A DNA stretch of 64,000 nucleotides from a virus. Below the pieces are notes generated by a model. The model made no database searches, was not told the DNA's origin, and was given only the letters and a program-made list of their open reading frames with translations. The stretch is from IMG/VR virus record IMGVR_UViG_3300022839_000007, positions 32,001 to 96,000 of that record, one strand, 5' to 3'. Every line of letters starts with the position of its first letter. Positions within the stretch are counted from its first letter, which is position 1. Positions 42,796 to 51,994 of the stretch are shown here, piece after piece. A program made the translations under genes and the position numbers.

Positions 42796-42805
42796 TGGAA
42801 TATTA

Positions 42806-43420
42806 ATGAATATATCAAATAATTTTAACACAACAAATTTTAATCAACTCTTATCTTTGCCTATATTGGACTTACAAGACGAACTGGTCAAATTAAAAGA
42901 TGCAGGACTAGTTAATTGGTTTCAAAAATCTAATGGCGAATATATAGCAGATCAAATATGCATCACCTCGATAAACGGTCAGGAGGATAATATATTTTAC
43001 GGGCGAGGCAGTTTATATCTTGATTGGGATAATTCGTATAATGATAGCAAAGGTAATTTACAAGCTCCTTTACGAGATACTCCGTTGCAAGAGATAGATT
43101 TTTGTAAATTATGCACGCCATTTATTGGTACATTATTTGAAACAGCATTTATTGCACTAACTGAAAAATATCACATTGGACGGATGCGGGTAATGAATAG
43201 TAAACCAAAGACATGTCTCACTTGGCATATCGATGACACTTACCGCATACATTATCCTATGAAAACACAAGAAGGATGCTTTATGGTAATCGAAGACGAA
43301 ATACGCCATTTACCTAAATACACTTGGTGGGAAACAGATACGCTTAAATCTCACACTGCATTTAATGCAAGCACACAAATTCGAACGCACTTGGTTGTTA
43401 ATGTAATTGGCACAAAATAA
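42806..43420 (+). CDS. 2OG-Fe(II) oxygenase, aspartyl/asparaginyl beta-hydroxylase-like
   Basis: GRMRVM...WHID...RIHYP...HTAFN...RTHLV. Confidence 0.8.
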   Translation: MNISNNFNTTNFNQLLSLPILDLQDELVKLKDAGLVNWFQKSNGEYIADQICITSINGQEDNIFYGRGSLYLDWDNSYNDSKGNLQAPLRDTPLQEIDFCKLCTPFIGTLFETAFIALTEKYHIGRMRVMNSKPKTCLTWHIDDTYRIHYPMKTQEGCFMVIEDEIRHLPKYTWWETDTLKSHTAFNASTQIRTHLVVNVIGTK

Positions 43421-43917
43421 TGAATTTTGATATTATTAAGTTAACACAGTATTACGATATAGAAAAATTAACAGTTGACGTTTTAAAATTAGTTCAGGAC
43501 AATACAACTTCGGTGACTCTCTCAAGTACTATGACAGACTTTGATATGTATACTTCTCATACTACTCCGTTGCAAGGCACGGCAGTTTTAGAATCCGATT
43601 TTACACATTTACATCCGTCATTGCGTAATACGGTATTTGAAGAAATTTGGAAGAATAATATAGACACAATTGGACGATTTAGAATTATGATATTACAACC
43701 AAATACGTCGTATTTGCCCCATTTTGATGCCGATTACAGACACCATTTGGCTGTAATCACCAACCCGGATGCGGTGCTTCAAATTAATAACTGTAACTAT
43801 CACCTTCCTTCAGATGGATCTGTGTATCTCTGTAATACTAGAAAATTACATACTGCAATAAACAACGGAGTAACTAGAAGAATACATTTAGTTTGGAATG
43901 ATAGGAATTGTGAATGA
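43420..43917 (+). CDS. 2OG-Fe(II) oxygenase, aspartyl/asparaginyl beta-hydroxylase-like
   Basis: RFRIMIL...PHFD...RHHLAVITN...HTAIN...RIHLV. Confidence 0.85.
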   Translation: MNFDIIKLTQYYDIEKLTVDVLKLVQDNTTSVTLSSTMTDFDMYTSHTTPLQGTAVLESDFTHLHPSLRNTVFEEIWKNNIDTIGRFRIMILQPNTSYLPHFDADYRHHLAVITNPDAVLQINNCNYHLPSDGSVYLCNTRKLHTAINNGVTRRIHLVWNDRNCE

Positions 43918-44723
43918 TAACGGTATACGAAGATGGAACTCGATGCGTTACATACTGTGATTCAACTTACTACGATCTAGCAGAGTTTTCTAGTAATAAA
44001 AACATTATACTACTTAGCGGCGGCATAGATTCGCAATCGTTGATATCTTACTTTACAATAAATAATATTTCGTTTATTGCATATTTCTTTGATTATGGAA
44101 TTAATAAGTACGATAAGGATTATGCAATTAAATTTAAAACCAATGTACTTAAATTTAATTTAGATGATTTATATTTTAACAAAGAAATACATAAATATTA
44201 TTCTAAATTTTGCGAATGCACTAGTCCTCAACTAGCTGTACATATTTACGGCATAGACTGCTTATTTAAAAAATATCCAGATTATAACATTATAATGCCA
44301 GGAATGCCTTTATTTTTTAATTTAAACGATGATAATAGTATAGCAAATTCGTTACCCGACTTTACTCAATTATCGTATCTGCGATACAAAGAAAAAACAA
44401 ATAGTAAATTATATCCATATTTTTGGGCAGAAAGTAAGCAAGGCCAAGAAATGCTTAACTCGGCAACACAGTTAAATTTTTCTATCACCGACTATCAAAA
44501 AAAAATATTATTATATCGAGAATTAAATCTTGACATTTCTCCTCAAGAAATCAAAAAAACTGGATTTGAGGAATACAAAGACTACTTAAAAAAAGAAAAA
44601 TTAATAGACTATAATAAAGAGTTTAGACGACCGATATCAAAAGAAAAAAAATGCATTGGAGTATTTGAAGATTCGCTAATGTCGGCCAAATTAAAAAACT
44701 ATATTAATGACTGGAAAGCTTAA
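43914..44723 (+). CDS. PP-loop ATP pyrophosphatase (asparagine synthetase C-domain-like)
   Basis: LLSGGIDSQ; CTSPQLAVH; KKTGFEE. Confidence 0.65.
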   Translation: MITVYEDGTRCVTYCDSTYYDLAEFSSNKNIILLSGGIDSQSLISYFTINNISFIAYFFDYGINKYDKDYAIKFKTNVLKFNLDDLYFNKEIHKYYSKFCECTSPQLAVHIYGIDCLFKKYPDYNIIMPGMPLFFNLNDDNSIANSLPDFTQLSYLRYKEKTNSKLYPYFWAESKQGQEMLNSATQLNFSITDYQKKILLYRELNLDISPQEIKKTGFEEYKDYLKKEKLIDYNKEFRRPISKEKKCIGVFEDSLMSAKLKNYINDWKA

Positions 44724-45388
44724 TGATAGAAAATATTGCATCAGTTCCACTACTAGTAAAAAGTCAATTTAAGTCTATTGTACTCGAGAATATGATAGAC
44801 TCTCTCGAGTATGCTCAAGGGTGTATAATAGACGATACCGGCAAACTATTTAAGTGGAATCGAGCCGAATATTGTTTGTATTATAACAATATTGATAATA
44901 CTATTCCTGCCAATTGGAGCACAAATATAGAACAGGTTAAATTGCATACTGCATTTGTAACTAGTGAAGTTACCCGTTTGCGTAAATATATAGTTAACAA
45001 CCTGCCTATTGATGTGTCGTATATTTCAATTCAAAAATCAAAAGGAAATCTATATCCGCATTTTGATATCACTGACCAGTCAACAGTAACTACATTACCA
45101 ACAGATTTGTCTTTAATAAAAATAATGCTAGATGCAAATACTTCAATTGATAAATTATATTTTACAAATGGCATAAGTAACTTTTATTTTACAAAAAATC
45201 ATTTGCCACTCGATACAAATATATTTGCATGGAGTTCTAAACGATATAAACACGGAGTAACTGATCTGACTCTAGATGCTAATCGAATACTTATTAACAT
45301 ATATGGTACATTTAATCATAATAACTATTATAACCTAATACAGGAGAGTATTAAACAATATCAACATGTAGCATTAAGAGTAGTATGA
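44723..45388 (+). CDS. Probable 2OG-Fe(II) oxygenase/cupin-fold protein
   Basis: LYPHFD...YKHGV...RILINIYG (HxD...H...R). Confidence 0.55.
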   Translation: MIENIASVPLLVKSQFKSIVLENMIDSLEYAQGCIIDDTGKLFKWNRAEYCLYYNNIDNTIPANWSTNIEQVKLHTAFVTSEVTRLRKYIVNNLPIDVSYISIQKSKGNLYPHFDITDQSTVTTLPTDLSLIKIMLDANTSIDKLYFTNGISNFYFTKNHLPLDTNIFAWSSKRYKHGVTDLTLDANRILINIYGTFNHNNYYNLIQESIKQYQHVALRVV

Positions 45389-46317
45389 TACTCATCTAGA
45401 AACTCTATTATAATTTTAGTTTCGTAACCTATTTTAAAATCTTCAATTATTTTTGAAAAATTCCATATATTATATGTTTTTCTTAATTCTTCTAGCCCGG
45501 TTAATTTTAGCCTTCTAAGGGGTATATTACAATATCCGAGTTCTTGGTAAAGAGTTTTCTTGTCGGCATATAAAAAACAATTATAATTTAAAAGTGCAGA
45601 ATGTACTAGGTCCGACTGTAAATTGTTAGCTAATAAAAACGAGGATGTTATCGAAATCTTTTGAACTTTACTCCACCGATCTAACGCACATATATTATCC
45701 GATGGATACGAAAATTTAAGTTCATTATTAACTATTGCAGGCTCAGGAATATCGCCGGAAATAACTAAATGACAGTCGTTGCTAAGTTTAAGACAGTCTA
45801 ACGAATACAGAAACAACATAACTTCAGGAAATGACGTGCGGTACCTAAGCCCGTACCAAAGGTGATGATTACTATTAAAAAAGTTAGTAGCATCGATTTT
45901 TATGTAATTTATTTTAAAATTAGCCGGTAACGTTCTCTGTAAATCTAAGTAATCCTCTTTATTACAAGTATAGTCAAAAAAGACCAACTGAACAATTGAT
46001 GCAACTGGGAGGAATGATCTAATAAGCATTTCGCTATCAATTCCTCCGGATACTAATAATATGATAGTTTTTTTAGTTTCTGTAAGATTGCGGGCATAAT
46101 TGTATGCATGATGTAAAAATGACGAATGCTGATCAGAAAACGAAGTACTAACGTTCCAAGCAAAAGCTGTATTAAATTTAAAATCTACCAACCCGATCTC
46201 ATCTATATATCCGTATGATAGTGGGTTATTGTTAATATTAAAGTTTTCGTTAAATCCATAATACATGTTATTATAGCAAATTGATCCCGTTCTAGGAGTT
46301 TTACTTACAGAAAACAT
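45361..46317 (-). CDS. PP-loop ATP pyrophosphatase (paralogue of 43914)
   Basis: LVSGGIDSE; KLTGLEE. Confidence 0.65.
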   Translation of the reverse strand: MFSVSKTPRTGSICYNNMYYGFNENFNINNNPLSYGYIDEIGLVDFKFNTAFAWNVSTSFSDQHSSFLHHAYNYARNLTETKKTIILLVSGGIDSEMLIRSFLPVASIVQLVFFDYTCNKEDYLDLQRTLPANFKINYIKIDATNFFNSNHHLWYGLRYRTSFPEVMLFLYSLDCLKLSNDCHLVISGDIPEPAIVNNELKFSYPSDNICALDRWSKVQKISITSSFLLANNLQSDLVHSALLNYNCFLYADKKTLYQELGYCNIPLRRLKLTGLEELRKTYNIWNFSKIIEDFKIGYETKIIIEFLDEYHTTLNATC

Positions 46318-47126
46318 TAAAACTTTTTTGATAATATGGAGAATTCATAGTTATTTTTTTTAATTGGATTAATAGTAAATGTCTGGGTTTCGGATCCAGC
46401 TGTAATACAAATATCCACTATCTTGTTAGTGTGTCCTAATAAAAATCCATCTCGAAAAGTAATTCCCTGAGGTAAATTTTCTGCAACTGCATTAGGGGCT
46501 GATGTAATTAAGAATCCAAACAATTCGTTACTCTTTACTTCAAATTCGTGTAGATTATTAAAGTTCCATATTGGCATAGTTATCTCCTTCTGTATATTTA
46601 TCTTACTAGCATAGCCGAATGCATAAAAGTCGCCCAATATAAAGCTGTTATCCTTTAACAATTGACTAATTATTTTAATTGGAGACACTAGGCGGTACCA
46701 TTGCATGTCGACATCGCAATATTTAAAATAACATTTTCCAGTTAAATCCATAGAAGATATTGGAGTAACGTTAGGATGTATTCCTGGAAAATTACAATGA
46801 TCGGAAATATTATTAAACGAGCAGTACAGTTGATCTTTAGAAAAATTGTACATAAGTTGGTCTATTCTAGTTGACACCGCACTACTTCCAAACGGCATAA
46901 ACACTGGATTTTTGATGTCCGACTTTAATATGTTTAACAAAATAGAATGCACCGAATCTTCAGTAAAGTTAGTAGGAATTACATGTACGTTAATATCAAA
47001 TTTTGTAAAGGAGAGTGCAGTGAAATATAGATGCGAATTGTGAATAACGGATTGCGTTTCAAAACTTACATTAGAATTATTAATTCTAATAGGATAATAC
47101 CCATCAATTAGTATTGGAGAAAGCAA
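46317..47126 (-). CDS. Degenerate subtilase (S8)-like protein with He_PIG-like C-terminus
   Basis: ILIDG, HNSHL, VFMPFG, FPGIHPNVTPISSMD occur in S8 order; no GTSxA motif; NLPQGITF...LLG. Confidence 0.4.
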   Translation of the reverse strand: MLSPILIDGYYPIRINNSNVSFETQSVIHNSHLYFTALSFTKFDINVHVIPTNFTEDSVHSILLNILKSDIKNPVFMPFGSSAVSTRIDQLMYNFSKDQLYCSFNNISDHCNFPGIHPNVTPISSMDLTGKCYFKYCDVDMQWYRLVSPIKIISQLLKDNSFILGDFYAFGYASKINIQKEITMPIWNFNNLHEFEVKSNELFGFLITSAPNAVAENLPQGITFRDGFLLGHTNKIVDICITAGSETQTFTINPIKKNNYEFSILSKKF

Positions 47127-47598
47127 TATAACAGTCTGTCATCTGATTGTTAATTTTAAAATAGCTAGGAATAGGTCCTACTATTTTAAAATTAAGCTTT
47201 GTTAATAATGCAATACTAGCCAAGTTATCAATATCAATTGTGCATTTAACTCGATTAATATTTGCATCGGCTAAGAATCTATCAAGATTAGCTTTTAAAA
47301 TACTGGTAGTAATTCCTTGCGAAGCATATTCTTCATCGATGCAATATGACAGCGATCCTGATTTATAAAATGTGCGATTAATTTCTTCAATATAGTACAT
47401 GCCTATTATTATATTGTTATATTTTAAACAATATACTAGCATTTTTTTTTTATTAATCATCTCGTAAATTAATGAAAAAAAGTTTTCGTCTTTATAAGAT
47501 GGCAAGTTATCAAATTTTTTAAAATACGATATATTTTTATCATAAAATTTAATTATATTAAAATTATCAAACTGTGTAATAGGCTCTAACAAATACAT
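47104..47598 (-). CDS. GNAT acetyltransferase, RimJ/RimL-like
   Basis: LSYCIDEEYASQGITT...NLASIALLTKLNF. Confidence 0.85.
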   Translation of the reverse strand: MYLLEPITQFDNFNIIKFYDKNISYFKKFDNLPSYKDENFFSLIYEMINKKKMLVYCLKYNNIIIGMYYIEEINRTFYKSGSLSYCIDEEYASQGITTSILKANLDRFLADANINRVKCTIDIDNLASIALLTKLNFKIVGPIPSYFKINNQMTDCYIAFSNTN

Positions 47599-48051
47599 TT
47601 ATAACTCCATAATAGCATAACAATTTGGACCAAATTCGACATTTTTATTAAAAAATTTTCCTATCTTTTTAAATCCAAATTTTTCATAACTATACAACGA
47701 AGTCTTGCGCGGAATTGTCCATAATATTTTACATTTTTCATTAGTTGCTTGAATTTTTATTTGGTTAAGTAACATTTTACTTAATCCTCTACCACGAAAT
47801 GATTCGTCGATCCACAATCCACGAGTCCGATATTCAGACTCCTGAGTTCGATGACCAGATATTACTCCAACAATAGTATTGTTAAATTTAATGCAAAAAA
47901 AACTAGGAATATACTTACGATATATTTCCATGTCGTACCCGCTACTCAACATCATACTGCTCATACTATTAATAGGAGAAATACGCCCCGGCCACAAAAT
48001 TTTCCAAAAAGGAAGAGTAGCATCAAACGTAGATGTATGACAGTTAACCAA
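47599..48051 (-). CDS. GNAT acetyltransferase
   Basis: RGLWIDESFRGRGLSKML...YEKFGF. Confidence 0.85.
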   Translation of the reverse strand: MVNCHTSTFDATLPFWKILWPGRISPINSMSSMMLSSGYDMEIYRKYIPSFFCIKFNNTIVGVISGHRTQESEYRTRGLWIDESFRGRGLSKMLLNQIKIQATNEKCKILWTIPRKTSLYSYEKFGFKKIGKFFNKNVEFGPNCYAIMEL

Positions 48052-48934
48052 CAGTTCCGTCGTCGAGGTTAATCCATGTATTATTTTGATATCCTTGAAA
48101 TCGATTATCAGTAGAGTTGTAAACTACCATTCCGTTTTGTCCAACCGGACGAGTAGCAGTAGTATATAATCCAAATTGCATATATCCCACTGACATTGCT
48201 TCGGAGACTTGCCCAGTACCGCTAACAATTAAGTTGCCACGAACATCTAGAGCGGAACTAGGAGTTAACGTACCGATTCCAAAATATTCCCCGGTCCATG
48301 TTGCATATGAACTACTATTTGCAAATGAACCAGATTGATCAACTCCTAGAGCAATCCATGCATCGCCTCCTGATATACTAGATTTTATTAACTTACCGTT
48401 GATGTCATTTTTTTCAAACATGATTCTACCGTAAACTAACGAGTTGTTTGTTAATGTACCAGCGGATGTTGCAGTAAATGTTACACTACTCGCATTATCC
48501 TGTGATTCAATTGCTAAGTTAGTACTATCTGCATTATTAGTTGTAATAACTACTCCGGCTGCCGGCACATTAATAATACTAGTATTAATAGTACCAGTGA
48601 TTACTCCTGTAGATGTATCTACTAATATAGTGCTATCATCGCCTATTATGTTAAATCTATAAGAGCTACCTTCGATTATTTCATTATTTCCTGGAACAAA
48701 CTGTGTACCGTTCCATTCTAATACATCTCCAACTAGCAAAGGAGTACTTGATATATCAACATCCGTTAGCTGATCAATACCAAATAGTGCAATATTGTTA
48801 ATAAGATTACCGCCTACTGTTGCACCGTCACCTGCATAAAGTCCTTTAGTGTCAGTGACGTAGATTAACTCGCCTTCTTGCGGAATAATTGTTAATCTTT
48901 CAGCATCAACGCCGCGTCTTAGTCTTAAAGCCAT
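48044..48934 (-). CDS. Fibre-like virion protein with major-tropism-determinant-type N-terminal domain
   Basis: MALRLRRG...PQEGELIYVTDTKGLYAGDG; LTDVD and GIGTLTPSSALDVRG motifs; C-terminal GMVVYNSTDNRFQGY. Confidence 0.75.
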   Translation of the reverse strand: MALRLRRGVDAERLTIIPQEGELIYVTDTKGLYAGDGATVGGNLINNIALFGIDQLTDVDISSTPLLVGDVLEWNGTQFVPGNNEIIEGSSYRFNIIGDDSTILVDTSTGVITGTINTSIINVPAAGVVITTNNADSTNLAIESQDNASSVTFTATSAGTLTNNSLVYGRIMFEKNDINGKLIKSSISGGDAWIALGVDQSGSFANSSSYATWTGEYFGIGTLTPSSALDVRGNLIVSGTGQVSEAMSVGYMQFGLYTTATRPVGQNGMVVYNSTDNRFQGYQNNTWINLDDGTVG

Positions 48935-48940
48935 TAGAAT

Positions 48941-48981
48941 CTCCTAAAGTGATTGCTTTAATATATTTATCACTTTAGGAG
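48941..48981 (-). promoter_or_regulatory. RBS-occluding hairpin with late promoter GATAAATA at the 5' arm/loop junction
   Basis: Perfect 13-bp inverted repeat CTCCTAAAGTGAT/ATCACTTTAGGAG; AGGAG SD in the 3' arm 6 nt before the ATG. Confidence 0.8.
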
Positions 48982-48986
48982 GTTTG

Positions 48987-49298
48987 TCATTTATTTAATT
49001 TAAGAAATTTGTAGACACGTTTGCTAAGATCTTTTTTGACTCGTTCTATATCTAATCTAAAATCTAAAGATTCGATAGTATCGTCAAACTCGTCAAATAC
49101 GTCGTCAAGGCTATCTTCAATTTCTTCAACAGTTTGATTTTTGCGACTATCGTCTATGTCGATATCCCATGTGGTTCCGTCAACAAAGGTAATAACAATT
49201 TGACTAACGTATTCGATAGGAAGATGCTGGATATCAATTTCGTCTAGTATCTTTTCCCAGTCGTTGTCTTCAACCGGTAAACTATTAGGCTTTGGCAC
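48987..49298 (-). CDS. Hypothetical acidic protein
   Basis: Likely GTG start at 49298 (track start 49391 overlaps the upstream gene). Confidence 0.6.
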   Translation of the reverse strand: MPKPNSLPVEDNDWEKILDEIDIQHLPIEYVSQIVITFVDGTTWDIDIDDSRKNQTVEEIEDSLDDVFDEFDDTIESLDFRLDIERVKKDLSKRVYKFLKLNK

Positions 49299-49884
49299 TA
49301 GCAGGTTTCTTTGCAGCAGTTGGTTTTTTTTCAGTTGTAGACATAGCTTCTGCTTGCTTACGTAATGCCTGCGCTTCTTTAAACATTGCATCTGCAGTTG
49401 ACCTTAACTTGACAGCCATTTCTGCGGATGTAAGCGCAACTTCTGCTACAGGAGCAGCAACACTAGTATCACTTGCAACCACCGCCTTTACACCGTTGCC
49501 TTTGACAGCAAGATCGTCGATAGACACGCCTTTTTGTTGTGCAATTATCTCGTTAAGTTCGTTTAACATAATCGAAGAGTGATTATTTGGAATCATCTCA
49601 ACCTCGTTGGTTGCAACTTTTTTAAGTTGTCCCGTCCGATGAAATCCTGCTAGCATATTTCTTCCATCCGGTAGGTATGCTCTGCTCATTGCATCTGCTA
49701 GTTCGTCAGATTGTTGTCCGGCAGGGGACTCAACTATTTTAATAAGAGCATCGTGCTCGTCTGCCGGTAATGATTCAGTAAGTACAACGAGCGCACTGTA
49801 TGGATCATTCGGAATAGTACGATATGCAACAATTGCACGTCTCTTATTATTCTTAAGTCTGCCTACATGTTTAATATTAGCCAT
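49285..49884 (-). CDS. Hypothetical phage protein
   Basis: 199 aa, GGAG RBS, Lys/Ala-rich tail. Confidence 0.7.
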   Translation of the reverse strand: MANIKHVGRLKNNKRRAIVAYRTIPNDPYSALVVLTESLPADEHDALIKIVESPAGQQSDELADAMSRAYLPDGRNMLAGFHRTGQLKKVATNEVEMIPNNHSSIMLNELNEIIAQQKGVSIDDLAVKGNGVKAVVASDTSVAAPVAEVALTSAEMAVKLRSTADAMFKEAQALRKQAEAMSTTEKKPTAAKKPASAKA

Positions 49885-50131
49885 TTGTTTCTCCGATAGG
49901 TGTTACTGCATTAACAGCAGGCACTGGTGCAGATTCCTGTGCTACGTTAGCAGCTTTTTGTTGTTCTTCAACTGCTTTTAAAAACAGCTCAAGTTTGTTA
50001 TAGATAATACCAACGGCTGCCATTTCCCCCGGTTTAAACGTACTACGTTCGCTGGCAATTTCAATAATGCCTTTCATTGTAGCAAGGTCTTGTATGGTAA
50101 GGTCGTTTGGATTATTTTCAGTAGTAGGCAT
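49877..50131 (-). CDS. Hypothetical protein
   Basis: ATG at 50131 after AAGGAG; DLTIQDL...RSTFKPGEMAAVG. Confidence 0.7.
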   Translation of the reverse strand: MPTTENNPNDLTIQDLATMKGIIEIASERSTFKPGEMAAVGIIYNKLELFLKAVEEQQKAANVAQESAPVPAVNAVTPIGETNG

Positions 50132-50169
50132 AGTTTTCTCCTTGTAAAGTATATACCGCGATAATAGTT

Positions 50170-50448
50170 TTAATATTTCAAATGTGGACAAGCTAACATA
50201 AAGTAACTCATTTCTTTGGGATTCTCAAACGCAATATTCATCTTTTGTTTTAATCCAGATGTAGTACTAGTATCTACAATTAGTCCAATATAATACTTTC
50301 CTGATAAGTTAGAATAAATCCACTCGTCGATTGCAGAATTTAAATTGTAACTCGGAATAATAGTAGTACTTTCAAAGTACGGAGGACAAAATTCTACCCG
50401 TCGTAATCCTAGCACATTAAGGGGATTTACTTTTCCCTTCTCTAACAT
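50170..50448 (-). CDS. Hypothetical protein
   Basis: AAGGAG RBS; C-terminal FENPKEMSYFMLAC. Confidence 0.7.
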   Translation of the reverse strand: MLEKGKVNPLNVLGLRRVEFCPPYFESTTIIPSYNLNSAIDEWIYSNLSGKYYIGLIVDTSTTSGLKQKMNIAFENPKEMSYFMLACPHLKY

Positions 50449-50561
50449 TGAGGCTCCTTACTTGATATGTATTATAATCTATATTAACATTTAATAGATA
50501 GCGTTGTTACTAAAGTATTTATTTCTTGAACTAACACCCTACTATGTTTTTGAGATTAGAG

Positions 50562-50596
50562 ATAACTCAAGGGCTCTACTAGAGCCCTTGAGTTAT
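50562..50596. terminator. Perfect 17-bp inverted repeat downstream of the vWA gene
   Basis: ATAACTCAAGGGCTCTA-C-TAGAGCCCTTGAGTTAT; no clear U-tract on the - strand. Confidence 0.5.
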
Positions 50597-50613
50597 TATA
50601 TATTGCACCGTAT

Positions 50614-51891
50614 TTAGGCAGCGTCGTAATGCGCAGTAACTCCAAACGGCCCTTCGAGATTTTTATCACTGTTACTATGAATGATAAAGATAGTATCACA
50701 ATAATCTGGATCACCCCAAGAATTCCAAGCATATCCATCAGTAAACATAATGAACTTTTTAGGTACAATATCTTGATTCTTCATGTAAGTCCAGTTTGCC
50801 ATGAAGTCAGTGCCGCCACCGCCCATAATATGATATTCAGTAAGATCCGACCCGTTATCAGAACTAAAATCTTGTTCGTTATACACTTTGGTATCAAAGC
50901 ACCATAGTTTAATTTTATAGTCTTGATACTCGTCCATAATACCTTTAATTTCACCAAGGAAGTCGGCTGCCTGTTCGTTACCAATACTACCGCTCATATC
51001 CAAGCAGATACACAAGTCAATTGTATCCTGGAATGACATTCCAGGCAAAATTGCTCCGCTCATTTGTCCTCTACGGCTAGGGCGAGAAAATGTATAATCA
51101 CTTTTGATAGTGCTCTGAATTTGTTGACGAAGTAGCTCACGCCAGTTCATCTTTGACTCGGACATTTCTTTAATCATACGCTGAATACCAGCAGGTACAT
51201 TACCAGCGCCTGCTGCACTAGCTGCTTGAATCATAGCTTCTTTGATCTCGTCTCTAATTTGATCAAGTTCTGCCTTACTATAAGTAGGACGTCCGGACCC
51301 GTCGCTATTTTTAACTTCGCCGTCTTCGCCCTCGAGGTCAAGATGCTCGTCAAGCATTTCGCCAAGTGCATCAATTGCACTTTGACCATTTTTGTCTTTC
51401 TCTTTTTTTAGGTCGTCGTATACTTCTTCGCTTGCCCAGCCACGGTACTTAAAATCTTGATAGCAATCAACGATGCGAGGCTTACGTCCAATACGGTCAT
51501 CTACTAGTAAATTGTTTACAATATAGTCAGCTGCAATGTTATACAATCGAGGGTCTCGAGAGTCGCGACGCCCAAGATGATTGTAAACCATATGTAAAAT
51601 TTCGTGTGCAACTACAAATTCAACTTCTTTGTTATCCATTGCATTAAAAAATTGCGTATTGTAGAACAAATGGCGACCGTCGACTGCCGCAGTAGGAAGC
51701 CAATCGTCTGCGGCCCGAATCTTCAAACGAGTTGCCATGTTTCCAAAAAACGGATGCCGTAGTAGCAATCCTACTCGGGCAGTAATAATACGCTCCTGAA
51801 CCTCAACTTGCATCTTTGCAAGTTGTTCAGGAGTAATGTTAGGATCGGGCTTCCAGCCACGTGTGGTGCTTGCAGTCTTTTTACTAGACAT
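50614..51891 (-). CDS. Metallopeptidase-like (HExxH) + vWA domain protein (DUF2201 type)
   Basis: AHEILH; MIDAS DMSGS, GGGTDF, FTDG. Confidence 0.9.
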   Translation of the reverse strand: MSSKKTASTTRGWKPDPNITPEQLAKMQVEVQERIITARVGLLLRHPFFGNMATRLKIRAADDWLPTAAVDGRHLFYNTQFFNAMDNKEVEFVVAHEILHMVYNHLGRRDSRDPRLYNIAADYIVNNLLVDDRIGRKPRIVDCYQDFKYRGWASEEVYDDLKKEKDKNGQSAIDALGEMLDEHLDLEGEDGEVKNSDGSGRPTYSKAELDQIRDEIKEAMIQAASAAGAGNVPAGIQRMIKEMSESKMNWRELLRQQIQSTIKSDYTFSRPSRRGQMSGAILPGMSFQDTIDLCICLDMSGSIGNEQAADFLGEIKGIMDEYQDYKIKLWCFDTKVYNEQDFSSDNGSDLTEYHIMGGGGTDFMANWTYMKNQDIVPKKFIMFTDGYAWNSWGDPDYCDTIFIIHSNSDKNLEGPFGVTAHYDAA

Positions 51892-51923
51892 TGTATAACC
51901 TCATTGTTTGTTGCTAATATAGT

Positions 51924-51952
51924 AATGTAACATCATTTACTTAATAAGTCAA
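51924..51952 (-). promoter_or_regulatory. Sigma70-type promoter TTGACT-N17-TACATT
   Basis: Intergenic, upstream of the vWA gene. Confidence 0.55.
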
Positions 51953-51965
51953 CTTGTATATAGGA

Positions 51966-51994
51966 TAGCGGGCATTTTTTAAAAATGCCCGCTA
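51966..51994 (-). terminator. Stem-loop after the AAA gene
   Basis: Perfect 14-bp inverted repeat TAGCGGGCATTTTT/AAAAATGCCCGCTA. Confidence 0.55.

Noticed and set aside
29600-48050. Classical RiPP gene cluster
   Set aside because: No precursor peptide ORF, RRE/PqqD domain or transporter found; intergenic gaps are tiny (41555-41635 has no credible ORF) and the protease looks inactive. A precursor elsewhere in the genome cannot be excluded
48044-48934. Diversity-generating retroelement suggested by the Mtd-like gene
   Set aside because: Only the N-terminal Mtd-type module is present; no reverse transcriptase, C-type lectin tip or TR/VR repeat pair was seen in the window
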